A DNA stretch of 55,284 nt from Ministeria vibrans ATCC 50519 (GCA_943704425.1 CALSCP010000957.1:1-55284), one strand, 5' to 3'. Positions 27,739 through 55,038 are shown, counted from the first letter of the stretch. Program-made: numbers and translations. Notes: a model not told the origin generated them from the sequence alone.

Positions 27739-29290
27739 TTCTTCTTCTTCTTCTTCTTCTATTTATTATAATTAGAAGAAGAAGAATACAACCCATTTAT
27801 TAATGATACAGTCACCACGCGAAGACACAGCCAGACCGCCTTGCAAACTCGACCGAAACTCTAGAGGTAACATGGGAAAACAGTGGCAGGTCAGAGTGCT
27901 GTGTCGTCGCTATGCAGTGAGGCAATCGCAATGGCACGCCATACCCCCAGTGGAGGCTTAGGGCTCTGACGCCATGAAGGTGTCTGTCGGGTAAAGTCGA
28001 AGTCGTGGTTGAAGCAATCGGATCGGTGGTCGGCGGCGGCAAGTCCAGGTGGCTGCGGGGGCGCTCCCGTGGTACACAGGCGGAGCGGGTTGGCTGCAGG
28101 GCGGCTGGTGTGCTTGTTGTCGTGGCTGTGTGTTGAGTTGTAAGGATAAAGAATAGTTGTAAGGATATACGATATGGATGCGAAAAATCGGGGGGTTCGG
28201 AAGGGTGAATCACTGAGTGGCGTTAATTTGACGGCGACGATGATACATTTCTACATCTCCCCCAAGGGACAAGCTGCTTCATAGTGCGTGTCGCTGATCC
28301 CACGCAGTGCCTCGACAAGGGTCTTGCCGACCAGGGAGTCGGATCGGTGTTGGTACACCGCTGGGTGAGCACAATGGAGTAGGAAGTGTTCTGGGCTCTC
28401 CCTGGCCAGTGGAGATTGTTGCAGTTAGTGCGTGTTGTTTTTGTAGTAGTTGTGGGACGGCTGCGCACGTACACGCCCGACAACGGAATGTGTCGGCCGT
28501 CGCGCCGACGAGAATGTTGAGCCAAAGGCCCTCATACCTTGGCGGATGCAAGTGGTGCCCGTGATGAGTGTGTTTTGCATCAGCACCTGTCCAGACCTCT
28601 TCGGCATCTTACTCAGGTACTTGGACGCGCTCAGCGGGTTGTACATTCTGAATTTGAGTGGCGATGTACTCGTGGGCCCAGAGAGGCTTGGTGTTTCCTG
28701 GAGACGCGCACGCCACTCTCTCGTTGACAGACTCTCCGCTCCCTTCACGAGCTCGCCTTCCTTGACTCGGTCGTACCGCAGCACTTGTCTTGCTGGCGCT
28801 CCCGCCGGCATCGGGTGAAGCTTCTGGAGCGTGTTGAGGATGGGCAGGCCATGAAAGCGTTCCGTGGTGTCTTGGAGCCGCGGCTGACCTCTCTGGACTG
28901 TTTGCCAGCAGCGCTTCAAACACCCGAGATGCCAATAGCACCAGCGCAAGTGTCGTGCCTCTCGCCAGGTGCTGAAGCAGGCCCGCGTGCAGTGCCTTTG
29001 CTCGGTTGGCGACTGGCTCGATGCTCAGCTCGCCCTCTAGTGCCACCAGTGGGGCAAACTGCAGCACTCGTGCCAGCCTTCTAAGATCCTCGTTTTGAAG
29101 TGAGTTCAGCTTGTCGTACGTCCCCCGTCGGTAGGACCATCGTCGCCTGGCCAACGTTCAAGGCACACCTCACCGCCTGGACATACACGTTGCATAGCAC
29201 TCCGACACGTAGGTCGCGCAGAAAGATTCGTTGCCACACCACGCGTGCCTTGCCGTACCGTACGTACGGCTCCGTGATGCCCTCTGAGTT
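27739..29290 (-). mobile_element. 5'-truncated, frameshifted non-LTR retrotransposon (LINE) remnant
   Basis: Successive minus-strand frames give an RT thumb-like segment KARVVW...VLCNVYVQAVRCALNVG, post-RT KLNSLQNEDLRRLARVLQFAPLVALEGELSIEPVANR, KFRMYNPLSASKYL...LITG, then the zinc knuckle RCRAC...ESPEHFLLHC. The 3' end has AATAAA followed by (GAA)7. Confidence 0.72.
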
Positions 29291-29438
29291 TGACTATGTG
29301 AGTAGGGAGTTTTCATTTCGTGTATTTCCTATTTGAATCTCATATGACAGTTTTCGTGTATTTTCCATCACACGAACACAATTATCCCTAACACGCCAGA
29401 AAAGAAAAAAAAACCCCCCAAGAAAGAAACGATAAAGG

Positions 29439-39612
<10,174 letters not shown>

Positions 39613-39777
39613 CAAGAATATTTGTTTGAGTCTTCAAATTTTAATCACAAGTTCAGACAGCAATATTTGACACTGTTGAATAAACTGAAACTCATTAACT
39701 CAATCAATAATCACACTTCCTCTGCTGTACAAGCCTGAAAAAAGTGAAAGACTCTCGGTTTTGGTATCTCAGCAAAC

Positions 39778-43482
<3,705 letters not shown>

Positions 43483-43723
43483 AGTATGTTTTGCGTTTTC
43501 TTCCTTTTTTCTTTCTTTTTACTATTTACAACTTAACTGCTTTTTTTTTGAACAAGACAATCAACTTCGTGAGTAACACGACTATTATTTAACTATAGCA
43601 ACTTTGCATAGATTTGTTGATTTGTGCAAAAGAAATCGTAGAGATAAAAGACATTATTAATTTTTATTATTATTATTCCTTATTATTGAATATTGATTAT
43701 TTATATTGTCAATCATTTTTATA

Positions 43724-44149
43724 ATGTCACGAGAATTCAACGTTTTGCTTCTGGGCGCGTCGGGCTTCACTGGAAGACTTGTAGCGGAGTACCTGAACCG
43801 CACGTGCGGAGATTTGAGCTGGGCGATCGCTGTGCGCAACCCAGCGGGGTTTGAAGAGAAGAAGGCCAGCTACGGCCTGAGCGACGTCGCCGTCCCCGTC
43901 GCACAGCTGGCCCTAGAGGACCCTGCCAGCCTTGAGGCGCTCGTCGGACGCGCCGACGTTGTTCTTGATTGCGTTGGGCCCTTTGCGCTCTATGGGCCGC
44001 CTGTCGTTCGCGCGTGCTTGGCGGCAGGTCGGAGAGCAAGCGGTTGCGCCAATTGAGTGTGCTGACTCTCGTCTCTTCTCTCTCTCTCCATCACTTTGTT
44101 TCTCTCTATCACTTTGTTTCTCTCTATCACTTTGTTTCTCTCTATCACT

Positions 44150-44244
<95 letters not shown>

Positions 44245-45457
44245 TCTCATTCTCTAATTTAGGCACGGACTTTTGCGACATCACGGGCGAACCCGAGTAT
44301 GTGGATGCTGTTGCCTCGATTGTGGAAGGACACGAATCGTCCGCGGCGTCGGCAACTCCCATTCGGATTATGCACTGCTGCGGCTTCGACTCCATTCCCG
44401 CCGATCTTGGCGTCTACTACACGCTGTCACAGATGAACACGCGCGACCGTGAGCAGGTTGTAGCCCTCGAGAGCTTTGTGCGTGCGCGTGGCGGCCCCTC
44501 CAACGGCACCGTGACCAGTGCACTGCGCGCCATCTCGCGCTTCTCCCTTCACGACGTTGTGCAGCAACTCGACGCCTGGTACCCCACTGGATCTCTTGTC
44601 ACCCGCTCGCTCATGGGCCCGGCCGCCTTCCGTCCTCACTACAACTCGCGCGGTGCCTCCTTTGTCCTCCCAATGCCCTGCATTGACCCACTCATTGTGC
44701 GCCGCAGTCTCAAGAGTCGCTCTCCGCCCGTCTCCGCCGCCTACGGCCAGTTCATTGCCATGCGCGGCTTCTTCGATTGGCTCAAGGCTCTCTGCTTCTT
44801 TCCCGTCATTGTCTTTGCAATTTTTCTCGCAAAGTAGGATAAAAGGAGGAGCGGGGGAAAATGAATTATTGTTGTTTTATGTAATATGCATTTATTTTGT
44901 GTTTTTGTTTTTGTTCTTGTTTTTTTGTTTTTTAGGTTCTCGTTTGGACTGAAACTTCTCACTTCACTGGGCCCCAAACAGCGAAGCGGTCCTTCGGCCG
45001 AGAAACGCGCCAAAAGCAAATTCAGGTATCGATATCTCTTCCGAAGAAAAAAGATAATAATAATAATAAGAATATAATAGTTGAAACGATATTGTGTGTG
45101 TGAGTAGTACTACTGTCGTTGCGACAAGTGCGTCTGGAGCGACGTTGTGCGCGTGTCGTGTCAGTGGTGGTGATCCTGGCTACACCGAGACTGCGAAAAT
45201 GGTCGCAGAATGTGCGATGGTTCTTGCAAGACTCAGACACAGCAAGAAGGGTAAGTAAAATAATTATTATGAATAATAATAATAATTATTATTTTAGTAT
45301 TTTTGGCTTGTTTCTGATCTTTGCTCCTTTTTTTCTTTTTTTTTCTTTTGTAGACAATGCAAAGTTTGCTACGGGAGTTGTGACGACTGCTCAGTTGGGC
45401 GAGCTGATTGTACCTGCGTTGAGTGGTGCTGGTATTGTATTTGAGAAGCTCAAGTAA
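43724..45457 (+). CDS. SCCPDH: Saccharopine dehydrogenase-like oxidoreductase, multi-exon
   Basis: LLGASGFTGRLVAEYL, CVGPFALYGPPVVRAC, DITGE, CCGFDSIPADLG and GDPGYTETAKM. Confidence 0.9.
44088..44240 (+). repeat. 18-bp TCTCTATCACTTTGTTTC array followed by (CT)n
   Basis: Four tandem copies, then ~86 bp of CT. Confidence 0.95.
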
Positions 45458-45558
45458 AGTTCGCTTGATGGTTTGTTTTAAAATTCGAGATTGGAATTTG
45501 TATGGTATAAAATTGTACAATGTTATTCCGTTAGTATTTCATCTTGATAATCTCCGCG

Positions 45559-47293
45559 TTACAACTCATCCAGCAGTGCATCAAAGTCCGCATCCTCGTC
45601 CAACTCGTACGTCCCATCGACAGTCATGCCAGTGGTCGTTTCCTCTGCCTCTCCCTTCTTCTTATTCTTCTTCTTTGAGTTCTTTCGCGTTGTCGTTTTC
45701 CCCACTGTCTTCTTTGCCACTGTTTTCCTCGTCCTCTTCTTCCTCACCTCTTCCACCGGTTCTTCTTCCTCATCTTTGTCTTCCCGCTCACTCTCACTCT
45801 CACTCTTCCTCGCGCGCTTCCTCGCCTCCTTCTTGAGCCTGCCCGCCACCGCCACCGCCTTCCACTCAGGCACCCTCGCCTGCACCAGTCGCGTTCCTGT
45901 GTGCGCATCAATCAGCGTCCCTTCCTTGGCACTCACCAGGCGCACCCCACGCGGCACCACCCCTTCCTCCCGTCGTCCATCCTCTCCTTCCACCAACACC
46001 ACCCGTCCACTGCTCCTCTGTCGCCCCGACCGCACCACCACCACCGCTTCATCTCCTCCTCTTCCATCCTCATCTCTCCTTCTTGCCGCCTCTTCCTCCT
46101 CTTCTTCCGCAGCAGCCGCAGCAGCAACCGCCGGTTTCCGTCCCAACGACACAGCCCCTTCCCGCAACAGTCGTCCCACCGCAGTGCGTGCCAGTCGCTG
46201 CTCACGCGCCACCCTCGGCAACGGCCCCCTCTTCCCCACCCCTTCCGGTCGCGAACTCTTTGTCTGTCGTGCCTCGTCGGCCGCCTCCAATGCCCGCAAA
46301 ATTCCTTCCACTCGCTCGCGTCGCTCTGCCTCATAGCCACCGACGCGTGTGCGAATCGTTCCCACAATGTCCTCTCCCACCAAATCCAGTTTGTGCCCTG
46401 TCCCGTGGCCTGTGTCTCGCACCAGTGCTTCTTTTGCTGCACGGTACGCTCGGCAGGCTTCGTCCAGTCGCGTGTGCTCGTCGAGCCCTGCCACTGCAGA
46501 CGACGACGACGACTGGCCCAGATTGCGCGCCATTTGTGCCAGCAATGTTGACACTTGCGCGCCGCCTGCGCCCTTCTTCTTCGTCTTTTTCGCATTCGCA
46601 TGGGCCGACAATAAGAAAGAGTCGCCCATCACAATGGTTGATGCTGCACCTTTGTCGGACGGGAAGCACTCCACCGCATTGGCACACAGCACAAAGTGTC
46701 CCTCACGCACCATTTGTCGCAAAAGCCAACGTGCCTCGTCTGCCGCCGCGCCCAATCGCCGTTGCCAGCCTCGATCAACTCCTTTCAGTTTTGTCCAGTC
46801 TGCCACGGTCAATCGCAGCGGCGTCTGAAAACAAAGCACAGTCAGAAATGAAGCAAAGAGCCGAGTGGTACTTTGGGCGTTGTGATCTGCGTGGATTCGA
46901 GCGCCACCAGCAAATGCAGCGCCCACACGCTGCGTCTGAGCGTGTCGCCGTCGCGTACATCTTCTTCGCCAATGCGAGGCACCCCTTCGAGCATGAGGGC
47001 AAGAGCTCGTCGAACGAGACGCTGAAATCTGCTCGAGGTGATGTTGACAAGACACTCTAACAGACCTTTTCCACTTACAATCGATTGTATTCGTGTCGCG
47101 CTCGACCGCCATAGTGCATCATGGACATCTCCAAGGCCCTCCACCGTGCGGCGAACCAATCAAAGGTAAGGGTGCAGCACACGGCGTCAGATCGTTCGCG
47201 GACTTCGTCATCGTGTAGTCGAGTGAAAAGTCGCTCGAAATCTGCCTCGATGGCGCTCACCATTGCCGGATCATCGTCTATTCGGTACTCCAT
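45559..47293 (-). CDS. SNAPC1: snRNA-activating protein complex subunit 1 (SNAP43), 3 exons
   Basis: DFERLF..F..FAARWRALEMSMMHYGGR, WALHLLVALESTQITTPK-TPLRLTVADW and ARWLLRQMVREGHFVLCA parallel the SNAP43 N-terminal domain; charged C-terminal tail. Confidence 0.72.
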
Positions 47294-47532
47294 TGGTCAT
47301 GAGGTCGAAAAATGCAATTAATAATATTAATCGATTAATCGATTAAAACTGTGTGAAACGTGATTAATGAGGAGCTTGGACGATTTTGAATTTCGTGTTC
47401 ACAACTGTGCACTGTCTGTCTGTCTGTCTGTGTCTGGCGGTGGAAAAACAACGTTGTACCTTTTATTAGAAGAAGACATTTCCAATATGAGTTCAACTCA
47501 ACATTATTTTCTAGTGTATTATTCATCTTTAC

Positions 47533-48869
47533 ATGGCGCTTCGTGCCATCGCCCTCAGCTTCGGCGTCACTCCCCAACGGGGATTTCTTCCACCTGAAGA
47601 CCCTCTTGATCAACTTCCGGCTCCCTTCAACGCCTGGGACGAGGCAGCTGCGTCAATTCCGTCTCTTCTCGCAACGCAGACAGTGCGAAGCACTCTGGCA
47701 CGCCTTCCACTGCTGGACGCTTCACAGCTCACAGATGAGCGCCAGCTTCAACTGGCAGCTCACGAACTTGCCTACCTTACACATGCGTACCTTTGGTGCG
47801 AAGGCGACGCCGGAGTTGTTCACGAGATCCCGTCGAACCTCGCTGTTCCCCTCGAGGCAGTCACCGCGCAACTTGGCCTTCCACCAGTGATCACACACAG
47901 CAAAGCGTGTCTTTGGAACTGGGCTGTCATTGACAATGACCATCCCGACCGACTGTGTGCCGACAACCTTCGAGTGCTGCACTACGTGAGCGACTGTGGC
48001 CGAGACGAAGAGTGGTTCTTTGTCGCAACTGCCGCCCTGGAAGCCATTGGCGCAGCTGCCATCGCTGCCATCATAGACTTTTACGACCAGCAAGCAAGTG
48101 CCCTTTCCACACTCCACCGCATCCGCGACACGCTCCAGCAGATGCGCACGGCGCTTATGCGTCTCCCCGAGCACTGTCAACCCTCCGTCTTCTACGACCA
48201 ACTGCGGCCCTTCCTCGCCGGCTCCAAGGGCAACCCCACCCTTCCCTCGGGCCTCGTCTACCAACACTGCTTCAACAATAGCCCCCAGCACTTCAGCGGT
48301 GCCTCGGCCGCTCAGTCGTCTCTTCTGCAGGCCATCGACATTGCCCTGCGTGTCCACCACGCACCTCAAGACCCCACTGAAACCGACGCAGACTCCTTTC
48401 TCGCTCAAATGCGCCATTACATGCCTAAGAATCACCGTCTCTTTCTTGAAGCTCTTCAGGCGGGTCCAAACGTGAGAAAGAGATATAAAAAGAGATATGA
48501 AAGGGTAACGAATACTATCTCAACTTAGATTCGCGAGTGTCTCACCGACAAAGAAACGACAGTAGCATACAAAGAGTGCGTCGAAGGTACTACAAAAATG
48601 AGTTAGAAATCACAGCGCTTAATCTCTCTCTCTATCACTTTGTTTCCCTCTTCCTCGCTCACTTTGTTTCTTTTCCCCCCTTCTCTCTTTCAGCGCTTGA
48701 ACAATTTCGCGACGGACACATTCAAATTGTCGCACTGTATATTATTTCACAGAAACACCGCGTCAATAAAAGTCAGAGTTTGCAGGCAATGGGCACCGGA
48801 GGAACCAATTTGATGGGATTCCTCAAACATGTTCGAGACGAGACTATCAACGCGAAGCATGTCGAATAA
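47533..48869 (+). CDS. IDO: Indoleamine 2,3-dioxygenase, 3 exons
   Basis: GFLP, LTHAYLW, LGLPPV, EEWFF, FYDQLRPFL, SGASAAQSSL, MRHYMPKNHR, FRDGH (proximal His) and GTGGTNLMGFLK. Confidence 0.95.
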
Positions 48870-49078
48870 AAAAAGGAGAAAAAAAAACTAAAAACTTAAA
48901 AACTTTGTGTGACCACCGGTTGCCATTGGGCTCATGCTGCGTATATATTTGGGATTACATGTTCTCGTGATGTGCTCGCTCACACCCCCTTGAGATTCTT
49001 GCTTGTGAAACACAAAAAATTGTGAGTGTGTGTGTGTGTACATGACTGGTGGTACAGGTGTCGGTAGCGGTTTCAGTC

Positions 49079-50417
49079 TTACAGTGCGCTCCGCAACGCA
49101 CCAATGACCTTCTCATGAAACTGTCGAATCGTATCGCGATGCCAAAAGTACGGCACATAAGGATGCGTAAGGGTCAACTGGCCATTCATCGAATGGACAA
49201 TAGTCGCAGTGCCGGGCGACGGCGGAACGTGCGTTAGAATGCGGAAAGACTGGAGAGAGACTTGCTTGTCGGCACTGGCACAGGAGAGGCCCATGCGTGT
49301 CATGTCGCCGTAATTGTTTGTCAGGTACAGTCCGTTGGGGTACGAGAGTGTCATTTCTCCTATAAATATGATATGAATTAGGTTGAGTGTGTCTGTGGGT
49401 GTGTGTGAGTGTGCGGGTACTTAGAGAGGCCAAAGGACGCTTTGAGGCGACTTCCGCTTTGAGACTCTCTCGCAATTTCGTAGAGTCGTGCCAGAAGAAT
49501 TCGCTTGCGTTGCGATGCAGAGCAAATGGAACGATGGCTTGAGTGCCAGGTGTTGCAAAGAAGTCTTGAGGGAGTCCCACAAACTGTCGTGTGTCTACGA
49601 CGCACGAAGCAACACAGTCGACTGTTTCACTTGCGCTGTCGTTCGCGTCGGCTTTTGCGTTTCGCTCGTTGAGCCACAGCTGCGCGTGGGCCGCCGCGAC
49701 CTGCACAGCAGACCACACCGATGATCCATGTGCGTGCGTTGCTTCCGTCAGCTTTTGCGTCTCTGCAGCCGACAGAGTGACACGAAGATACTCCCACACA
49801 TGCTGAGCGGGAAAGGGCGGCGGCTCATCGCTCGACGTTGGAAGGCCAAGGACACGGTCGCACTCGCTGTGCAGCGACACAGCGTCGATGGGCGGCGGTG
49901 GCGGCATCTCTTCTTCCGTCGGCAGTGCGGCAAACCAGTCGACAGGGGTCGTGGGAAGCGGCGTGGCGGCGGTGGGGTCGACGAGCGCTGAGCCCGCAAT
50001 CAGAATGGACCGTGCGTCGGCGATGCCGTGGTGCGCATACACCAGAAAGCTGCAGGTGTACGTGTCGTCTGCAACCGCCTGCTGGTCGTCGTACTCGATC
50101 AGGACCACGTCGATCAGGCTCGCGTGGAGATCGCGCACTTGCGCAACCACCTCGCGCGCGCACTTCCCAACGGCCCCCGCACTCGCCACACGCACCACGC
50201 GCAAGGGAATCCGATCGCCGCGCGCCCCCTCAAAGCTATGCTTGTCGGGCCCCAGCACCACACGAGTGTACGGCTGTCGTGCGCGCAGCACAGCGAGTGC
50301 CGATGCAAACGCTTCTTCGGTGAGTCGCTCGCGCCGTCCCCTTGCCTCAAACAGCCCGGCGATCACCAGCTGGTAGCTGAACATGGCGTCCTGAAATCTA
50401 TTGAGTGGTTGGGACAT
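49079..50417 (-). CDS. Condensation-domain / alcohol acyltransferase (PapA5/ATF-like) protein, 2 exons
   Basis: LRARQPYTR, HHGIADARS (HHxxxD), ETQKLTEATHAHGSSV, VDTRQF, FW and TNNYG...HSMNGQLTL. Confidence 0.75.
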
Positions 50418-50576
50418 TGGTAGCGATAAAAAAAGTTTAATTACAAAATTCAAAAATAAATAGAGAATCAAGTCTAAACAACACAAAAAAAAACAAAGCA
50501 AAGAGCAGCACAATACTTCCGCCGTAGACTTCCAGACGAGAATAATCATAATAAAAATTGTAGTAATGTAGTTAGT

Positions 50577-50889
50577 TTATCCGAGAAAGTCTTCAAGATC
50601 TTTGTTGCTGAGTGTCACAGGCGGACGCGAAGCAGTAGCGGGAGCGGCGGGCTGACTGAAAGGGTTTGCGGAAGTGCTCATTGGCTGCATCGGCTGACTA
50701 AACAGGTTGCCCATCTGCGACTGTTGTTGTTGTTGTTGTTGCGGCTGCGACTGCCCAAAGGCAGGTGCCAGTCCAAAGAGTCCCGGACCACCCGTCTGCT
50801 GTGGCTGCATCGTGCTACCACCCATGGAAGATTGATACTGAGGGGTGGTCGTCCCAACGCCAGCAAATATACCACTGCTCTGAGGGGGG

Positions 50890-50958
<69 letters not shown>

Positions 50959-51039
50959 CGAATCCGTTCTTGCTGTTGCTGTTGCTGCTGCTTCTGCTGT
51001 TGAATCTGTGCCTGACGTGCCTTTTCCTGCTCTTCCTTC

Positions 51040-51077
<38 letters not shown>

Positions 51078-52428
51078 GCGCATTCTCTCTTGCTGCTGTT
51101 GCTGTTGACGCATCTTCTCCTGCTGCTGTTGTTCCATCTGCGCCTGACGCGCGCTCTCCTGTTCCTCCTTCGCCCGACGTGCATTGTCATCGGGAGTGTG
51201 TTGCTGTGCCTTCTTCTCCTCCAGCGCCTGTACACCGCTCCCAAACATCAGCTGATCAGCGGGCATTCCTTTAAGACTGTTCTCAAGCACATCGCGACTC
51301 AGTGCGGGAGTGGGCTGCAACAACCCCCACGTCGGCTCATCCGTCGATGGCCCCTGGCCCATCATGTCGTCCAGCAACGCAAGTAGCTGTGGGTTCTTCT
51401 TCTCCTCCTCTCCACCCACACCAGCACCACCACTGCTCCCCATTGCACTAAGCACTCCTTCCTCCTGCGGTACCACGGTACGCGCAGTGGCACCCTGCAT
51501 TCCACTAAAGAGTGACTCCCCCGTGTCAGGCACACTCCCACTCGGCGCCACAGGTGCACCAGCACTCTCTAAAACATACATACACACATATTATTAAGTC
51601 ATTGAGTGAGAATATCACACACAAAAACGAATGCACAATCAAATTAAAAAAAAACACACATAGAAACATGCGTACGTCCTGGCATGCGGTTCAACGGCCT
51701 ATCCCATCCGTCCTGCGCCATCAGTGCCTCCATTCGACTCAACTCCTGCGCTCCCTCCTCCTCATCCTTCTTATTAGTACTGCCCCCTTTCACTCCCACT
51801 CCTTGTGCCGTCACTGTCCTCTGTCCCTCCGTAATCCCTTCAACTCCCTTTCGCTGCTCATCCAACTATAAACAACAAACAGTAATCGGAGTCAAAGACT
51901 TGTTCCCTACACGCACACGCTCTCTCTCTCTCTTTCTCTCTTCACATCTGACAGAGATTCACACACGCACAATCAATCAATCTCTATCGCTGTTTTCTTA
52001 CACGTGACATCTGAGCGAGTTTTCCCATAAACTCATTCTCAACCACTGACAACATGTGGCGTGTCACACTCATAAATGTCCCAAACTGTTTGTCATTCAG
52101 TCCTAATTGACAACAACAACAACAAACCAAACAACAAAGTTAAATTAAGAATATTTTTCTGTTTTCTTTCAAACCGGATTCAACAGAGAGAGGAACAATA
52201 AAGGGAATGGCTCTTTGCGCAATCATAATTGGCTAAAGGAAAACACAATCAATATCATGTTTATGTTACTCAATTTTGTTTCCTTTCTTACTTCCAAACC
52301 AATTCTTTTGTGCTTGATGATGAGATCGTAAAGACCCAAAATGGCCATAAGAACTCCCGGCTGAGAAATATAAAAGTAGAGAGAAATGTGAGATGTGTTT
52401 GACTCATATTTTTCTCTCTCGCGTTTTA

Positions 52429-52517
<89 letters not shown>

Positions 52518-52801
52518 CATTATTCTCTTATAAACATAATAAATTTATTATAATAAACATATCGACACGCATCATTAAAATAAAAATATACTATATTACC
52601 TCTCTGGAAGGAATCTGCTCGAGCATTGGCAACACCATCTCCACCACAATCCATCGATCGAGCGCATCCAACAGCTTAGACAGCGACACTAGACCATTCA
52701 CGCGAACTGCAAGACTGTCGGTGTCCAGAATCAGCTGTGTGATTCGCGGTAAGAGTGCGTTCTTGAGTGCTCCAAATTCAATCATCGATGCGAAGCTAAA
52801 T

Positions 52802-52834
<33 letters not shown>

Positions 52835-54350
52835 TGATCAGAATCGCCATCATATGACTCTCACAAACACAGACCACTCACTTTGGGACAATCTGCAGAC
52901 AACGCAACTGAATCTCCTGACTCTCACTCTCCAGTGCACGATAAAGAATGGGAAGGACGTGCTGTTGTGCCTCCTTCTCATTGGATTTGGACAGCAGTAG
53001 CTCCATTTTCTGCATGAGAATCAGCAGAATTTGAACGGGCTCTTGAAGTGGGAAGATGGGAACGAGACACGGAAAAATTTCGCGCATAAACTCATCTAAA
53101 TAAGTGATGCGTTTTGATCAGTAGAGGAAGAGGAACGGCGTTGAAAGAGCTGGGGTTACGGTTAGACTTGGGGTTATCAAAATTTGAGATGGGAAATGTT
53201 TTATAGGGCTACCTTTGGGACACGTTTCAGCAATGAGAAGAATGTTGGGAAGCACAAAGGGAATCATGAGTGGATTTCGCAGCTCAGAGCGCAAAGAGGT
53301 CAGCACTTTTTGCATTGTGACGCGATGAGAAAGTTTGGGAAGGACAACCGGAAGATTTCCTTTGAGGAACTGTGGGAAAAAGAAAAAAAAAAACAAAGAG
53401 AGAGTTACTACGAATAACCTACTCTGGGTGTTTGTTACCTTTGCTTTCATGACATCTTCTTTACTGACAATGGATTCAAGAAAGCGCAGAGTGAGCACCA
53501 TCACATTGTCAAAGTAGGCACACTGTGCAAGAACATGCGGAGTGGGACGCTGGTGGGGCGTCGACGACAAGCAACGCGAAATGTCGAGTCTGAGTGGAGA
53601 CAGAAAGACAGGCAGAAAAAAAAAAGAGTAAATTGATACTTATTTTTTGTGCGGTGGTACCTGAGCTCTTGTGGGAGTGACGAGAGATCCAGTTGAGAGC
53701 GCAGGCGATCAATGGTTGATCGGTAGGCACTCACATTGCCCTTTGCGTCCAGAAGGACTTTCCCGCGATTGAACGCAGCAAAAATGACACAAGCGAGAGA
53801 GAAGACGTCCGAGGCGGGCGATGGAGAGCTCTCCAGGACCAGCTCGGGTGCTTGGTAGCTCAGGTTCGACTGTTGATACACCGGCACTGAAGCATTCCTA
53901 CAACACCACCAAAGAAAAATGCAACTGTTGGTTCACACCCTCTCCCTCTCTTGTCCTTTTTGTATGTACCATTGCTGAAAGGTCGTGGTCCCCTGCAACA
54001 ATTAAAAAAACACTCGTTTAGTATCCCATACTAAAATATACACAATTTTATTTACTTGAAGATTGAAGGAGAAGTCAAAGCCGGCGAGTTTCCAATCGCC
54101 AGTTGCGGTGATCATGACACTAGTGGGTGTCAGGTTGCCGTGAATAAGACGCACCGCATCGCCGTGGATGAACGCAAGTGCCTAGACAAAAAATATGAGC
54201 TCTCCGTGCCTCTCCCTCTCTGTCCCATGCCTCTCTCTCTGTGCCTCTCCCTCTATGTGTCATGCCTCCCTCTCTGTGTCTCTCCATCTCTGTACCTCTC
54301 CCTCTCTATATCTCTCCCTCTCTGTGTCTCTCCGTCTCTGTATCTCTCTG

Positions 54351-54433
<83 letters not shown>

Positions 54434-55038
54434 CTCTCCCTCCCTCTCTGTATCTCTCCCTCTCCCCTCTCCATGCCCCTCCCTCTCCTTTTCTGTTGTT
54501 GTCTGATTACTTGAGTGATTTGAAGCAGACCAAACTGGCACTCGAGCTCCTCCAGCACAAACTCCTTCAAGGGTGGCGGCACCGGCGCAAGGTTGTCGAA
54601 CTGGCCCAGCGCATTGGCAAGCGAACAGAACAGAGGCTCCGTGGCAAACGCAAGCATCTCGTTGGCATCCTCAAGGGGAGCGAGCACCTTCAAAATGTTT
54701 GGGTGTCTGAAACGCCATAACAATAAAATGATACAATTTTATGAACAGTGAATCAGAAAAGAAAAGAAGAAAAAAAACCGCACTGGTTCACTCGCATACC
54801 GCAGCCTGACAAGGTACTGTGCGCCCGCCTTAAGCAGCTCGGCGACTCGCTCGCGGTCCTTCTTCGGAATCCACTTGCGTTCAAAGACAAACACTGACGC
54901 GCGTTGTCCCGTCGTCTTGTGCCGCGCTGCGTGCACTTTCCAGATCAGCCCCGGTCCCGCCGATCCGATCAGTCGACCCAGTTCATACTCGCGCAGCACT
55001 GGGTGTCCCAGTACTGCCGTTTGGATTTTCTTCAACAT
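50577..55038 (-). CDS. SCYL2: SCY1-like protein 2 pseudokinase with HEAT repeats and poly-Q tail, multi-exon
   Basis: VLGHPVLREYE.GR.IGSAGPGLIWKV, FRHPNIL, AFATEP, HGNLTP...WKLAGFDF, YQAPE, MIPFVLPNILLIAE, LAVRVNGLV and C-terminal NKDLEDFLG*. Confidence 0.94.
50892..51132 (-). repeat. (CAG/CAA)n coding repeat, poly-Gln in SCYL2 tail
   Basis: CTG/TTG runs on the + strand. Confidence 0.95.
52431..52517 (+). repeat. (AAT)n microsatellite in SCYL2 intron
   Basis: Pure AAT run. Confidence 0.98.
54355..54429 (+). repeat. (CT)n microsatellite with degenerate CT-rich flanks in SCYL2 intron
   Basis: Pure CT run. Confidence 0.97.

Noticed and set aside
24280-29290. Diversity-generating retroelement (variable repeats beside an RT relic)
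   Set aside because: No template/variable repeat pair, changes are not adenine-specific, and the relic is LINE-like and lacks an RT catalytic core.
54060-54150. Missing HRD/DFG motifs in the SCYL2 kinase domain as a sign of pseudogenisation
   Set aside because: HGN and GFDF are the normal state of SCY1-like pseudokinases.
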